A stretch of DNA of 64,000 bases, from the NCBI GenBank assembly GCA_001784175.1, contig MFPR01000001.1, positions 186,001 through 250,000 on the forward strand, given 5' to 3'. Shown here one piece after another: positions 18,782-28,254 of this stretch (position 1 is its first letter; the number at the start of each line of letters is the position of its first letter). This DNA is from Candidatus Lindowbacteria bacterium RIFCSPLOWO2_12_FULL_62_27. Lineage in GTDB: Bacteria > Lindowbacteria > 2-12-FULL-62-27. A model generated the notes under the pieces. That model did no database searches, was not told where the DNA came from, and was given only the letters and a program-made list of their open reading frames with translations. Position numbers and translations under genes: made by a program.

Positions 18782-19783
18782 ATGAATTACATCGGCTTTC
18801 TGGTGACGGCCTTCGGTCTCTATGCGGCGATGACACTGGAGCACCTCCCACTCCATATCTTTTACGCCCCCAGCGCCATCTGTCTGATCCTCTTTATGGG
18901 CCTCGGCGGGACTCTCGTGTCTTACCGGTGGGCAGAGATCCGACGGGCCGTATCGGCGTGTTTCGACCGGGCAACCCCGCGGCCGAAAGAGGACTGGCTG
19001 ACGTACTCCCGAATTTTTTCGCTTCTGTCGAACTACACATTCGCCGCCGGGTGGATGGGCGTCATCCTCGGGACCATACACGTCCTCGGCAGCGTCGAGG
19101 AGGTGGATGGCGACATCGGGAAATTGGCCGCTGGACTTGCCCTGGCATTCCTTTGCCCTCTGATCGGAACGCTCATCTCCAAGTTTTTGTTCGATCCGAT
19201 GCGGAATTTTTCGGAACGAAAGGCGCTCGATACGGGGCCAGCAAGCGCGCCCGTGGAACAGGCGGCCGCGCCGGCCCCCACTCCCAATCTCCTCTTTAGA
19301 ATCGTTCTTTTCTCCGCATCCGCCCTTGTCTTATTGGCAATCGCCGTCATGGTTTCATGGAAGGTCGGGTCGATGCAGGCTGAGCACAGGCGCGACCGGG
19401 CTGCGACAAATCCGGACACCGCCCCCGTCATCCATAGAGACCGTACCACGATCCTCGACACCTTCCTGCTCGGCACGAAGCAGAAACCCGGCCTGGATAT
19501 CTCCATCCGCGATCAGGGGAAGATCCACCGGCTCCGATGCACCGTGTATCTCGGATATTCGCGCGACTACAACAGGAGCGGCTCCGGATTCTTCGAAGAA
19601 CTGCGGTCCCGCACGCCCATGCTGCGGGAAATCGTGATCCGCGTCCTTGGCAATAAAACCGCGGATGAACTCCAGCCGCAACATCTGGATGCGATTGAGG
19701 ACGAGCTTCTCAGCCGCATCAACGAAGTGCTGAATCACGGAACCGTCGTCGACATCATGTTCAGCGAATACGTCGTTGATTGA
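18782..19783 (+). CDS. Fusion of a truncated MotA/TolQ/ExbB-like membrane domain and a FliL domain
   Basis: N-half: APSAICLILFMGLGGTLVS, AAGWMGVILGTIHVL, LAAGLALAFLCPLIG, FLFDPM. C-half: TM helix then ELRSRTPMLREIVIRVLGNKTADEL...LLSRINEVLNHGTVVDIMFSEYVVD. Confidence 0.78.
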   Translation: MNYIGFLVTAFGLYAAMTLEHLPLHIFYAPSAICLILFMGLGGTLVSYRWAEIRRAVSACFDRATPRPKEDWLTYSRIFSLLSNYTFAAGWMGVILGTIHVLGSVEEVDGDIGKLAAGLALAFLCPLIGTLISKFLFDPMRNFSERKALDTGPASAPVEQAAAPAPTPNLLFRIVLFSASALVLLAIAVMVSWKVGSMQAEHRRDRAATNPDTAPVIHRDRTTILDTFLLGTKQKPGLDISIRDQGKIHRLRCTVYLGYSRDYNRSGSGFFEELRSRTPMLREIVIRVLGNKTADELQPQHLDAIEDELLSRINEVLNHGTVVDIMFSEYVVD

Positions 19784-19816
19784 TTTCGCCCGGGCGCGGT
19801 AGTAGTCTTTACGCGC

Positions 19817-20305
19817 ATGAAGAACACGGCTGAGTTTTCGCTCGAAAACATTCTCAAAACCGACAAGATCCGCCATCTGCGTCCCCACGTCGTGCCGATG
19901 CTGGGCCGGAAGGCCACCATTTCGGACGCGATCCGGGCGATGCAGACGACGCGGCGGAGCTGTGTCCTCATTTGCCACGGCAAAGAGGTGGTCGGGATTT
20001 TTACGGAACGCGACGTGCTCCTCAAGGCCGCGAATCGAGGGCTCGAGGCGTTCGACCAGACGCTTGACGCCGTCATGACGCCGAATCCCCGGACCATCTC
20101 CATCAACGATTCGATCCTTTCCGCCATCCGAATCATGACCGAAAAGGGGTTCCGGCACCTCGCCGTGATCGGCGAAGACGGAGAATGCATCGGGACGATT
20201 TCGATGCGCAATGTCCTCGGGTATCTTGCCGAGCATTTTCCGGAAACGGTCTACAACCTGCCGCCGGTCTCGGGGCAGGTCAACGAAGACAGGGACGGCG
20301 CCTGA
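19817..20305 (+). CDS. CBS-pair protein
   Basis: VVGIFTERDV, VMTPNPRTI, MTEKGFRHLAV. Confidence 0.9.
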   Translation: MKNTAEFSLENILKTDKIRHLRPHVVPMLGRKATISDAIRAMQTTRRSCVLICHGKEVVGIFTERDVLLKAANRGLEAFDQTLDAVMTPNPRTISINDSILSAIRIMTEKGFRHLAVIGEDGECIGTISMRNVLGYLAEHFPETVYNLPPVSGQVNEDRDGA

Positions 20306-20310
20306 CGGCG

Positions 20311-22194
20311 ATGAGCGCCAAGGAGCGGCGGATCGAGGACATCGATCACATCGTGATCAGGTTCGCTGGCGACTCCGGCGACGGCATGCAGCTCACCGGC
20401 ACGCAGTTTACCGATACCTCCGCCATCCTCGGCAACGACATCAGTACCCTGCCGGATTTCCCCGCCGAAATCCGCGCGCCCGCCGGGTCCCTCGCCGGCG
20501 TCAGCGGCTATCAGGTCAATTTTTCCAATTTCGACATCCGCACGCCCGGCGACGCGCCGAACGTCCTCGTCGTGATGAACCCGGCCGCCCTGAAAACCAA
20601 CGTGGGCGACCTCGAGCCCGGCGGCATCCTCATTTCCAATTCGGACGCCTTCGTCGCCGACAACCTCCGGCAGGCCGGCTACACGCAAAATCCCCTGGAG
20701 GACGGCACGCTCAGAAATTTCCGGCTTTATAAAGTCCCCATCACCAAATTGGTCGACAACGCCCTCAAGGAAAATCCGCTGTCATTTAGGCAGAAGGAAC
20801 GCTGCAAGAATTTTTTCGCGCTGGGGCTGGTCTACTGGATGTTCAACCGGCCGATGGAATCGACGCTGAAATGGATTCAGGACAAGTTCAAGAAAAACCC
20901 GGACGTCCTGGACGCCAACACCCGCGCGCTCAACGCCGGGTTTTATTATGGAGAGACCACCGAGGCCTTCGAAACTCGATACCAGGTCCGCAAGGCCATG
21001 ATCGCGCCGGGCACCTACCGCAAAATCACCGGCAACGAGGCGCTCGCGCTCGGCCTCATGTGCGCCGCCGAACGCGCCGGCAAGCATCTCTTCATGGCCG
21101 GATATCCGATCACGCCCGCGAGCGACATCCTGCACGAGCTGTCGAAACACCGGCGGTTCGGCGTGAAAACGTTTCAGGCCGAGGACGAGATCTCGGCGAT
21201 CGGCGCCGCCATCGGCGCGGCCTTCGGCGGGGCCATGGCCGTCACGGCGTCCAGCGGGCCAGGCATCGCGCTCAAGACGGAGGCCATGGGTCTGGCCATC
21301 ATGCTGGAGCTGCCGCTTGTCATCTGCAACATCCAGCGCGGCGGGCCGTCGACCGGACTGCCGACCAAGACCGAGCAGGCGGACCTTCTGCAGGCAATGT
21401 TCGGCCGGAACAGCGAGTCGCCGCTGGCGGTCATTGCGCCGGCGACGCCCGGCGAATGTTTCACGATGGCCTTTGAGGCGTTCCGGATCGCGGTCAAATA
21501 CATGACGCCGGTGATGGTCCTGTCCGACGGGTATCTCGCCAACGGGGCCGAGCCGTGGGCGATTCCGAAAATCGAGAGCCTGCCGGTCATCCCGGTCCAC
21601 CATCCGACGTCGAAGACCGACGGCGCGTTCCTTCCGTATCAGCGCGATCCCGGGACGCTGGCCCGGCCGTGGGCCGTGCCGGGCACGGCCGGATTTGAGC
21701 ATCGGATCGGCGGGATTGAAAAGGCGGACGTGACCGGAAACGTGAGTTACGATCCGGACAACCATGAGCACATGGTCAGGACCCGCAAGGCGAAAATCGA
21801 CGGCATCGCCAATGACATCCCCCACGCGGATATTTTCGGAAGTCCCGAGGGCGATCTGCTCGTCGTGGGATGGGGCAGCACCTACGGCGCGATCGTTTCG
21901 GCGGTCGAAAAGGCGCGCGCGGAGGGACTGGACGTGTCCGCCCTGCATCTGAGATATCTCAACCCGTTCCCGAAAAATCTCGGAGACGCCCTGAAACGAT
22001 TCCGGCGCGTGCTGGTGCCGGAAATGAATCTGGGACAGCTCCGGATGCTCCTGCGCGCCGAGTTTCTTGTCGACGCCATCGGGCTGAACAAGGTTAAAGG
22101 CCAGCCGTTCAAGATTGCGGAGATAGGCCGGAAAATCCACGACCTGAATCCCAAACAGATGCCCTCGGCTCGCCGGGCCGCGGCGGTCGCCTGA
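20311..22194 (+). CDS. korA: 2-oxoacid:ferredoxin oxidoreductase, fused gamma-alpha subunit
   Basis: FAGDSGDGMQLTG, PAEIRAPAG, YPITPAS, QAEDEI, QRGGPSTGLPTKTEQ. Confidence 0.95.
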   Translation: MSAKERRIEDIDHIVIRFAGDSGDGMQLTGTQFTDTSAILGNDISTLPDFPAEIRAPAGSLAGVSGYQVNFSNFDIRTPGDAPNVLVVMNPAALKTNVGDLEPGGILISNSDAFVADNLRQAGYTQNPLEDGTLRNFRLYKVPITKLVDNALKENPLSFRQKERCKNFFALGLVYWMFNRPMESTLKWIQDKFKKNPDVLDANTRALNAGFYYGETTEAFETRYQVRKAMIAPGTYRKITGNEALALGLMCAAERAGKHLFMAGYPITPASDILHELSKHRRFGVKTFQAEDEISAIGAAIGAAFGGAMAVTASSGPGIALKTEAMGLAIMLELPLVICNIQRGGPSTGLPTKTEQADLLQAMFGRNSESPLAVIAPATPGECFTMAFEAFRIAVKYMTPVMVLSDGYLANGAEPWAIPKIESLPVIPVHHPTSKTDGAFLPYQRDPGTLARPWAVPGTAGFEHRIGGIEKADVTGNVSYDPDNHEHMVRTRKAKIDGIANDIPHADIFGSPEGDLLVVGWGSTYGAIVSAVEKARAEGLDVSALHLRYLNPFPKNLGDALKRFRRVLVPEMNLGQLRMLLRAEFLVDAIGLNKVKGQPFKIAEIGRKIHDLNPKQMPSARRAAAVA

Positions 22195-22195
22195 C

Positions 22196-23266
22196 ATGGA
22201 ACCCGGAAACGGCGGGAGCGCGGCGACGACGACGGCGGCGACGGCCGCGCCTGCGGCGCTCACCAAAAAGGATTTCGTTTCCAATCAGGACATCCGCTGG
22301 TGCCCGGGCTGCGGCGATTACGCGATCCTGTCGTCGGCGCAAAATGTGTTTCCCAAACTGGGGATCCCGCGCGAGAATTTCGTGGTGATCTCCGGCATCG
22401 GCTGTTCCAGCCGGTTTCCCTATTACGTCAACACCTACGGCTTTCACAGCATTCACGGCCGCGCGCCGACGTTCGCCACCGGCCTGAAACTCGCGCGGCC
22501 CGACCTGTCGATCTGGATCGTCACGGGCGACGGCGACGGCCTTTCCATCGGCGGTAACCACCTCGTCCACATCATGCGCCGCAACGTCGACTGCACCATC
22601 CTCCTCTTCAACAACCGCATCTACGGACTCACCAAGGGCCAGACGTCGCCGACCTCCGAATTCAACAAGAAAACCAAGTCGACCCCGCTCGGGTCCATCG
22701 ACTATCCGATCAACCCCATCTCGCTCGCGCTCGCCTCCGAGGCGACCTTCATCGCGCGCACGCTCGATACGGACCCCAAACACATGGCCCGGATTTTCCA
22801 GCAGGCCGCCGAGCACAAGGGGACATCGTTCGTCGAGATTTATCAGAACTGCATTATCTTCAACGACGGCGCCTTCGAGCCGATCAGCGACAAGACCACG
22901 CGGGCCGACAACGCGCTCTTCCTCGATCACGGCCGGCCACTCGTGTACGGCAAGGACAGCCACCAGGCGATCCGGCTGAACGGCTGGCAACCGGAAGTCC
23001 TGACGTTCGACGGGACGCCGCCCGCTAATGTTGCGGTACATGACGAAACCGCCGTCGACCCCAGTTGGGCCTATCTGCTCAGCCGGATGGACCCGCAGGC
23101 CGGATTTCCAGTCCCGTTGGGCGTGTTCCGGCGCGTCACGCGCGACACTTATGAAAACCTGATGACCCGCCAGATCGAGGAGTCGCGGAAAAAATCCGGA
23201 CCCGGCTCCGCGAGCGAACTTCAGGCGCTCCTTACGGGCGAAGACACATGGACGGTGCCGGCATGA
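22196..23266 (+). CDS. korB: 2-oxoacid:ferredoxin oxidoreductase beta subunit
   Basis: WCPGCGD, SGIGCSSR, GDGDGLSIGGNH, YGLTKGQ. Confidence 0.95.
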   Translation: MEPGNGGSAATTTAATAAPAALTKKDFVSNQDIRWCPGCGDYAILSSAQNVFPKLGIPRENFVVISGIGCSSRFPYYVNTYGFHSIHGRAPTFATGLKLARPDLSIWIVTGDGDGLSIGGNHLVHIMRRNVDCTILLFNNRIYGLTKGQTSPTSEFNKKTKSTPLGSIDYPINPISLALASEATFIARTLDTDPKHMARIFQQAAEHKGTSFVEIYQNCIIFNDGAFEPISDKTTRADNALFLDHGRPLVYGKDSHQAIRLNGWQPEVLTFDGTPPANVAVHDETAVDPSWAYLLSRMDPQAGFPVPLGVFRRVTRDTYENLMTRQIEESRKKSGPGSASELQALLTGEDTWTVPA

Positions 23267-23778
23267 TTTGTCCGGATTGTGGATACGACAACTACCAGGG
23301 CGAGGAGGTCTGCGAGCGATGCCTCCATGATCTCACGCAGGTCGACACCGCGCCGCGCCCGAAAAATGAGATGCACCGCCACATCATCGAGGATCCCGTG
23401 TCACGGCTCAATCCCGCCGCACACCTCCTGTCGTGCAAGCCGGGCGATAAAGTATCGGATGTCATCGAGTCCATGAAAAAGCAGAGGCTCGGCTGCGTGG
23501 TGATCGAGGACAACCGGCGGCTGATCGGAGTATTCACCGAGCGCGATGTGGTCATGAAACTGACGGGAAAACCCGTCGATCCCCGCGTCACACCCGTCCG
23601 GGCCCTCATGACGTCGCCGGCCGAATCCGTCAAATCGACCGATTCGATCGCCTATGTGTTAAACAAGATGTCGATCGGGGGGTTTCGGCACGTTCCGATC
23701 GCCGACGAGTCCGGCCGCGCCACCGGCGTCGTCTCCGTCCGAAACATCCTCGAGTATCTCGCCGCGCAGATTCACTGA
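23263..23778 (+). CDS. Zinc-ribbon + CBS-pair protein
   Basis: MICPDCGYDN...CERC followed by IGVFTERDV and GGFRHVP; ATGA overlap with korB. Confidence 0.88.
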   Translation: MICPDCGYDNYQGEEVCERCLHDLTQVDTAPRPKNEMHRHIIEDPVSRLNPAAHLLSCKPGDKVSDVIESMKKQRLGCVVIEDNRRLIGVFTERDVVMKLTGKPVDPRVTPVRALMTSPAESVKSTDSIAYVLNKMSIGGFRHVPIADESGRATGVVSVRNILEYLAAQIH

Positions 23779-24854
23779 GCGGCGCCGGCGGACCCGCCGG
23801 ACCGGATCCCGTTCCTGACGGATTCCATCACCGACTGCACATAAAACAGGTTGTGATACGTCGCCAGTTTCAGACCTAGAATTTCGTCGCACTGGAACAG
23901 GTGGCGCAAGTACGCCCGGCTGTATTTCCGGCATACGCGGCACGCGCAGGCCGGGTCCGGCGGTGATTCGGAACGCTCGTGCTCGCTGTTCCGGATGTTG
24001 ACGGGCCCCTGCGAGGTGAGAAGCTGTCCCCGGCGCGCGTTGCGCGTGGGCAGGACGCAGTCGAAAAGATCGACGCCGAGCCGCGCGCAGGTTTCGAGAT
24101 CCGCCGGCGCGCCGACGCCCATGAGATACCGTGGGCGGTCCGCCGGATAATCGGGCAATATCCGGTCGAGCGTTTCGTACATCACCTCGTTCGGCTCACC
24201 AACGGCCAGACCGCCCACGGCATAACCGGAAAATTTCAGCGACTGGAGCGCGTCCAGGCACTGTCGACGAAGGTCGAGGTCGGTACTGCCCTGCGTGATC
24301 GCAAACACGCAGCCGCCCAACGGATTTTCGCCGAGCCACCGCGCCGAACGCCGGGCCCAGTCGATCGTCCGCTCGACGGCCTTTCGCAGCGCCTCGGCCT
24401 CGCACGGAAACGGCGGACACTCGTCGAGGACCATCGCGATGTCGGCGCCGAGGTCGCGCTGGATTTCGAGCGCGCGTTCCGGCGTCAGGCGGTGGACATC
24501 CCCGCCGTCCTCGGGGGCGCTGAACGTGACGCCGTCGTCGTCGAGTTTGCGGATCTTGGAAAGCGAAAAAATCTGAAAGCCGCCGCTGTCCGTCAGGAGC
24601 GCGCCCGGCCAGCCCATGAACCGCTTGAGGCCGCCGAACCGCGAGATCACCTCCAGCCCCGGCCGAAGCCACAGATGATAGGTGTTGCCGAGAATCAGGC
24701 GGTAGCCGAGTTCCAGCACTTCTTCCGCTTCCAGTGTGCGAACCGTTCCGAGCGTTCCGACGGGCATGAAGGCCGGCGTTTCGATCACCTGGCCGGCGAT
24801 TTCCAGCCGCCCGAGCCGGGCACGGCCGGATGTCTGCAGAACCTGAAACTTCAG
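23772..24854 (-). CDS. tgt: tRNA-guanine transglycosylase
   Basis: TPAFMPVGT, LGNTYHL, TDSGGFQ, PRYLMGVG, DCVLPTRNAR, CxCxxC. The conserved N-terminus extends to a CTG at 24854; the first canonical start is GTG 24788. Confidence 0.95.
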   Translation of the reverse strand: MKFQVLQTSGRARLGRLEIAGQVIETPAFMPVGTLGTVRTLEAEEVLELGYRLILGNTYHLWLRPGLEVISRFGGLKRFMGWPGALLTDSGGFQIFSLSKIRKLDDDGVTFSAPEDGGDVHRLTPERALEIQRDLGADIAMVLDECPPFPCEAEALRKAVERTIDWARRSARWLGENPLGGCVFAITQGSTDLDLRRQCLDALQSLKFSGYAVGGLAVGEPNEVMYETLDRILPDYPADRPRYLMGVGAPADLETCARLGVDLFDCVLPTRNARRGQLLTSQGPVNIRNSEHERSESPPDPACACRVCRKYSRAYLRHLFQCDEILGLKLATYHNLFYVQSVMESVRNGIRSGGSAGAAQ

Positions 24855-24863
24855 GGACGGGAA

Positions 24864-25649
24864 CTAGGCGCCCTTGCCGGACGCCTCTTCCAACGCGCGC
24901 TGCCGGTCGAGAATGTCCTTGGCGGTTTGAATCGTCAGCGACGCGTAGGAAAGCAATAGTTCGAGCAAGCCGACCTGCTCCAGCGTGATTTCCGGGGTGG
25001 GATGCGCGGGGAGGTTCGAAACCGACATGATGCCCATCACCTGTTTGCGGGACCGCGTCGGCAGCGGAAAAATCGCGATGCATTTCGCCGGCGCCAGGTC
25101 CGGCGCCGTCTCCCGCGCGACCAAGTCCCGGTACTGCGGATCGCCCGACCGGTCATTGACGATGATCCGCTCGCCGGTGCGGGCCACATGGCGGATCATG
25201 CCGTAGCCGGAGGCGTCCTCCTCCTGATCCGACTCGATGGAAATGTCAAAATTCTCGATGTAGCGTTTGGGCAGCCCGATGAGCCCAATTCCGCGGATCC
25301 GGTTGCTTCTTTGATCCACGAGATACGCGCCGACTCGGTCGAACCCGTACAGGTCGTGCACCATTTTGATGAGATCGTAAAGAATGGTCGGCAGATCGGG
25401 CGTTGTGAACAGGCCCAGCATCCGGACCTGCTGCCAGAGCGTCCGGCTGAGCTGCCGCCGCAGCGCGGGCGGCTCGATCGCGTTGAAGGCCGGCCGGCAC
25501 GCATCGCACAAAATCCGGGCCACGCGCACATCCCGGCCGCACAGCACACACGTCTTGAAATTCCAAAACTCGCGGATCTCCGGCACCGCCGGGTCATCCT
25601 TCGAGTACGCAAACATCTGCTCGCGGTCGTCCTCGGTCAACTCGATCAT
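24864..25649 (-). CDS. Stand-alone GAF-domain protein with N-terminal CxxC..CxxC motif
   Basis: CVLC...CDAC; GMIRHVARTGERIIVNDRSGDPQY, IAIFPL, GIMSVSN. Confidence 0.75.
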   Translation of the reverse strand: MIELTEDDREQMFAYSKDDPAVPEIREFWNFKTCVLCGRDVRVARILCDACRPAFNAIEPPALRRQLSRTLWQQVRMLGLFTTPDLPTILYDLIKMVHDLYGFDRVGAYLVDQRSNRIRGIGLIGLPKRYIENFDISIESDQEEDASGYGMIRHVARTGERIIVNDRSGDPQYRDLVARETAPDLAPAKCIAIFPLPTRSRKQVMGIMSVSNLPAHPTPEITLEQVGLLELLLSYASLTIQTAKDILDRQRALEEASGKGA

Positions 25650-25655
25650 GCGTGC

Positions 25656-25684
25656 ATCCTAGCTCCGCGCGGCGACAAACGCAA
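25656..25684 (-). promoter_or_regulatory. Promoter of the GAF-tgt unit
   Basis: TTGCGT-17-TAGGAT, 6 nt before the ATG. Confidence 0.5.
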
Positions 25685-26737
25685 TCAGAGCACCAGCATC
25701 GCGTCGCCGAAACTGTAGAACCGGTAATCGCCGCCGATCGCCGCCTCGTACGCCTCGCGCACGAGGGACCGGCCGGCCAGGGCGCACACCAGCATGAGCA
25801 GGGACGTGCGCGGGAGGTGGAAATTCGTGAGGAGCGCGTCGACGGCGCGGAACGAAAATCCTTCGCGGATGAACAGGTCCGTCGCGCCGGCGTCCGCACG
25901 GACCTCTCCGAACTTCGCCGCAATGTGCTCCAATGTCCGGCAGACGGTCGTTCCGACCGCGACGACCCTTCGGCCCGCAGCCCGCGCGCAGGTGACAGAG
26001 GCCGCCGCCTCCGAAGGCAGCCGGTAAACCTCCGGATGGAGCCGGCCCGCGTCCAGCTCCCGGCGCGTGACCGGCCGGAATGTTCCGGGCCCGACGTGGA
26101 GCGTCAAGAACGCCGTTCCGATTCCCGCGCGCGACAGGCGGGCGAAAAGCTCCGGCGTGAAATGCAGCCCCGCCGTCGGCGCGGCCACGCTGCCCGCTTC
26201 CCGCGCAAAACACGTTTGATAGCGCTCGGATGGAATTGAAGAATTGTGGATGTACGGAGGCAGCGGAACTTCCGCCATTGTCTCGATCACCTCGTCCAGC
26301 GGCCCGGCGCCTTCCGCGGCGCTCACCCGCAACCTCCGGCCGATCTCCGTCGTGGCCAGCACGTCCACCACAAGCGCCGCCGCGTCCGGCGCGCCGCCGA
26401 TCCGCACTTGCGAGCCGGGCCGGAACCGCCGGCCGGGACACACCATGGCGTCCATTTCCCACACATCCGGCGTCCGGCACAGAGTGGTCACCGCCATAAA
26501 TTCTGCCGCGCGGCTGACCGGCGTAACGCCGGACACGCGGCACCGCGCGACTTTCGTGTCGTTCATCACCAGACAATCTCCGGGATTCAACCATTCCGGG
26601 AGGCGATCGATGCTTGAATGCAGAATAACGCCGTCCGAGCGGCGAAGCACCAACAGGCGCGCCATGTCCCGCCGCTCGATGGGCGTCTGCGCGATCCGCC
26701 CGGGGGGCAGATCGTAGTGGTAAAGCTCCTCTGTCAG
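25685..26737 (-). CDS. queA: S-adenosylmethionine:tRNA ribosyltransferase-isomerase
   Basis: PLPPYI, RYQT, GSVAAPTAGLHF, LHVGPGTF, TNFHLP, YRFYSFGDAM. Conserved YDLP..IAQTP lies upstream of the first ATG (26665) and is reached from CTG 26737. Confidence 0.95.
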   Translation of the reverse strand: MTEELYHYDLPPGRIAQTPIERRDMARLLVLRRSDGVILHSSIDRLPEWLNPGDCLVMNDTKVARCRVSGVTPVSRAAEFMAVTTLCRTPDVWEMDAMVCPGRRFRPGSQVRIGGAPDAAALVVDVLATTEIGRRLRVSAAEGAGPLDEVIETMAEVPLPPYIHNSSIPSERYQTCFAREAGSVAAPTAGLHFTPELFARLSRAGIGTAFLTLHVGPGTFRPVTRRELDAGRLHPEVYRLPSEAAASVTCARAAGRRVVAVGTTVCRTLEHIAAKFGEVRADAGATDLFIREGFSFRAVDALLTNFHLPRTSLLMLVCALAGRSLVREAYEAAIGGDYRFYSFGDAMLVL

Positions 26738-27015
26738 CGGACTTTTTGCTTCATGATCCGGCCGGCCATGAACTTCACGGCCTTCCGCGGCGGGATCGGC
26801 ACCACCTCGCCGGTCTTGGGGTTGCGCCCCTTCTTCGCCTTGCGCTGTACCACCTCGAAGACGCCGAAATTCCTAAGCTCTATCCGGCGGCCCCCCTCCA
26901 GCGCTTCGATCACCCGGTCCAGAAACTGGTCCAGCACGTCCCGGACCACCAATTGTTTCACGCCGAGCTTGTAGGAAATCTGCACCACAAAGTCCCTCTT
27001 TGTCACCGCTGCCAT
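26734..27015 (-). CDS. HU/IHF family DNA-binding protein
   Basis: IELRNFGVF, GRNPKTGEVVPIPPRKAVKF. Confidence 0.93.
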   Translation of the reverse strand: MAAVTKRDFVVQISYKLGVKQLVVRDVLDQFLDRVIEALEGGRRIELRNFGVFEVVQRKAKKGRNPKTGEVVPIPPRKAVKFMAGRIMKQKVR

Positions 27016-27036
27016 CTTCTGTGTCCTCCTTGCGCC

Positions 27037-28254
27037 CTATTTCGGATTATGTTCCACGCCGGTCAACAACCAGCGATTGCCCTTTTCCGCAAACCACAGC
27101 TTTTCCTTCACGGTCCGCTGGACCTCGTCGTTCTTGGCGCGGTCCAGATATTTTTCGATGTAGGTGTGATTCACCACCGCGGTCCGGCTGTCCTTGAAAC
27201 GGATCTCCTTCTTCTTCGTATCCACCCGGATCTTGTCCGAATGGGTGAAGAAAAACCGCAGGTCCTTTTCGAGATCGTAATAGCCCTCCTTGCCGTGCGC
27301 GTAGTCCCGGCTGACATGCGCCATGATCTTGTCGACGTCCTCGGCCTGATAGGCCGTGTAGATCAGCGTGAAGACCTTGTCGATCTGCGCCTCCTCCTCC
27401 TTGAACGAATGGCCGGACATGACGGCCGCCATGTCCTCCCCTCCGATCGCCGACTTCGCGCGCATCCCGCCTTCGGCCGCCTGCCAGAGTTTGAGGTTCT
27501 CGATCGCCTGCCGCGTGTTCTCGACGCGCTTCGACGTCGGCGGGTGATCCCACACCAGCTCCTGCACGCTCGAGGGCTGGCCGATCCCCGCATCTTCCTG
27601 CTCGTGCCGCAACACGTCGAAAAATCCCAGCATCTCGCGCGGGTCGTATCCCGCGGCATAGGCGTATTTGACGCCCAGCGCGTCGGCGCGATACTCGGCT
27701 TCGCGGTCGTACCCGAGAAAAATCAGCGCCGCCATGTCCCCGGCCGCTCCGGAACTCGCGATGTCCCTCGCCGTCCCGCCCTTCACGGCGCCCGCGATCT
27801 GCGCCAAAAGCGTCACGGCCTGCGCCTGCAGGCGCTTCATCGCGTGCCGCTCGACCACATGCGCGATCTCGTGCCCCAGAATCCCCGCAAGCTGCGCTTC
27901 GTTTTCAACCACCGATAAAAGACCGCGTGTCACAAACACGTATCCGCCCGGCGCCGCAAACGCGTTCACCACCGGATGGTCGAGCACCGTGAAATGATAC
28001 GGGATGTTGGACCGGTCCGAAATCCGCGCGACCGCCTGGCCCACGCGGTTCACGTAGGCGTTGACCTCCGGGTCATCGTAGGCCGAGTACTCCCGCAGAA
28101 CTTCCTGCACAACCGACCGGCCCATCTCGATCTCCCGGCTCTCGCTGATGATCGCCCCGCCCGTCTCCGCCTTCGGGCTGCTCCGGTCGGCCGTGGCGCA
28201 GCTTGAGAGCATCGCGGGCAGCGCCAGAAATCCCCACACCCAGATGCGGCTCAT
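27037..28254 (-). CDS. M48 family metalloprotease lipoprotein with C-terminal NTF2/SnoaL-like domain
   Basis: Lipobox LSSC, NAFAAPGG, LGHEIAH, EYRAD, HP; ATG 28254 overlaps the upstream TGA. Confidence 0.88.
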   Translation of the reverse strand: MSRIWVWGFLALPAMLSSCATADRSSPKAETGGAIISESREIEMGRSVVQEVLREYSAYDDPEVNAYVNRVGQAVARISDRSNIPYHFTVLDHPVVNAFAAPGGYVFVTRGLLSVVENEAQLAGILGHEIAHVVERHAMKRLQAQAVTLLAQIAGAVKGGTARDIASSGAAGDMAALIFLGYDREAEYRADALGVKYAYAAGYDPREMLGFFDVLRHEQEDAGIGQPSSVQELVWDHPPTSKRVENTRQAIENLKLWQAAEGGMRAKSAIGGEDMAAVMSGHSFKEEEAQIDKVFTLIYTAYQAEDVDKIMAHVSRDYAHGKEGYYDLEKDLRFFFTHSDKIRVDTKKKEIRFKDSRTAVVNHTYIEKYLDRAKNDEVQRTVKEKLWFAEKGNRWLLTGVEHNPK

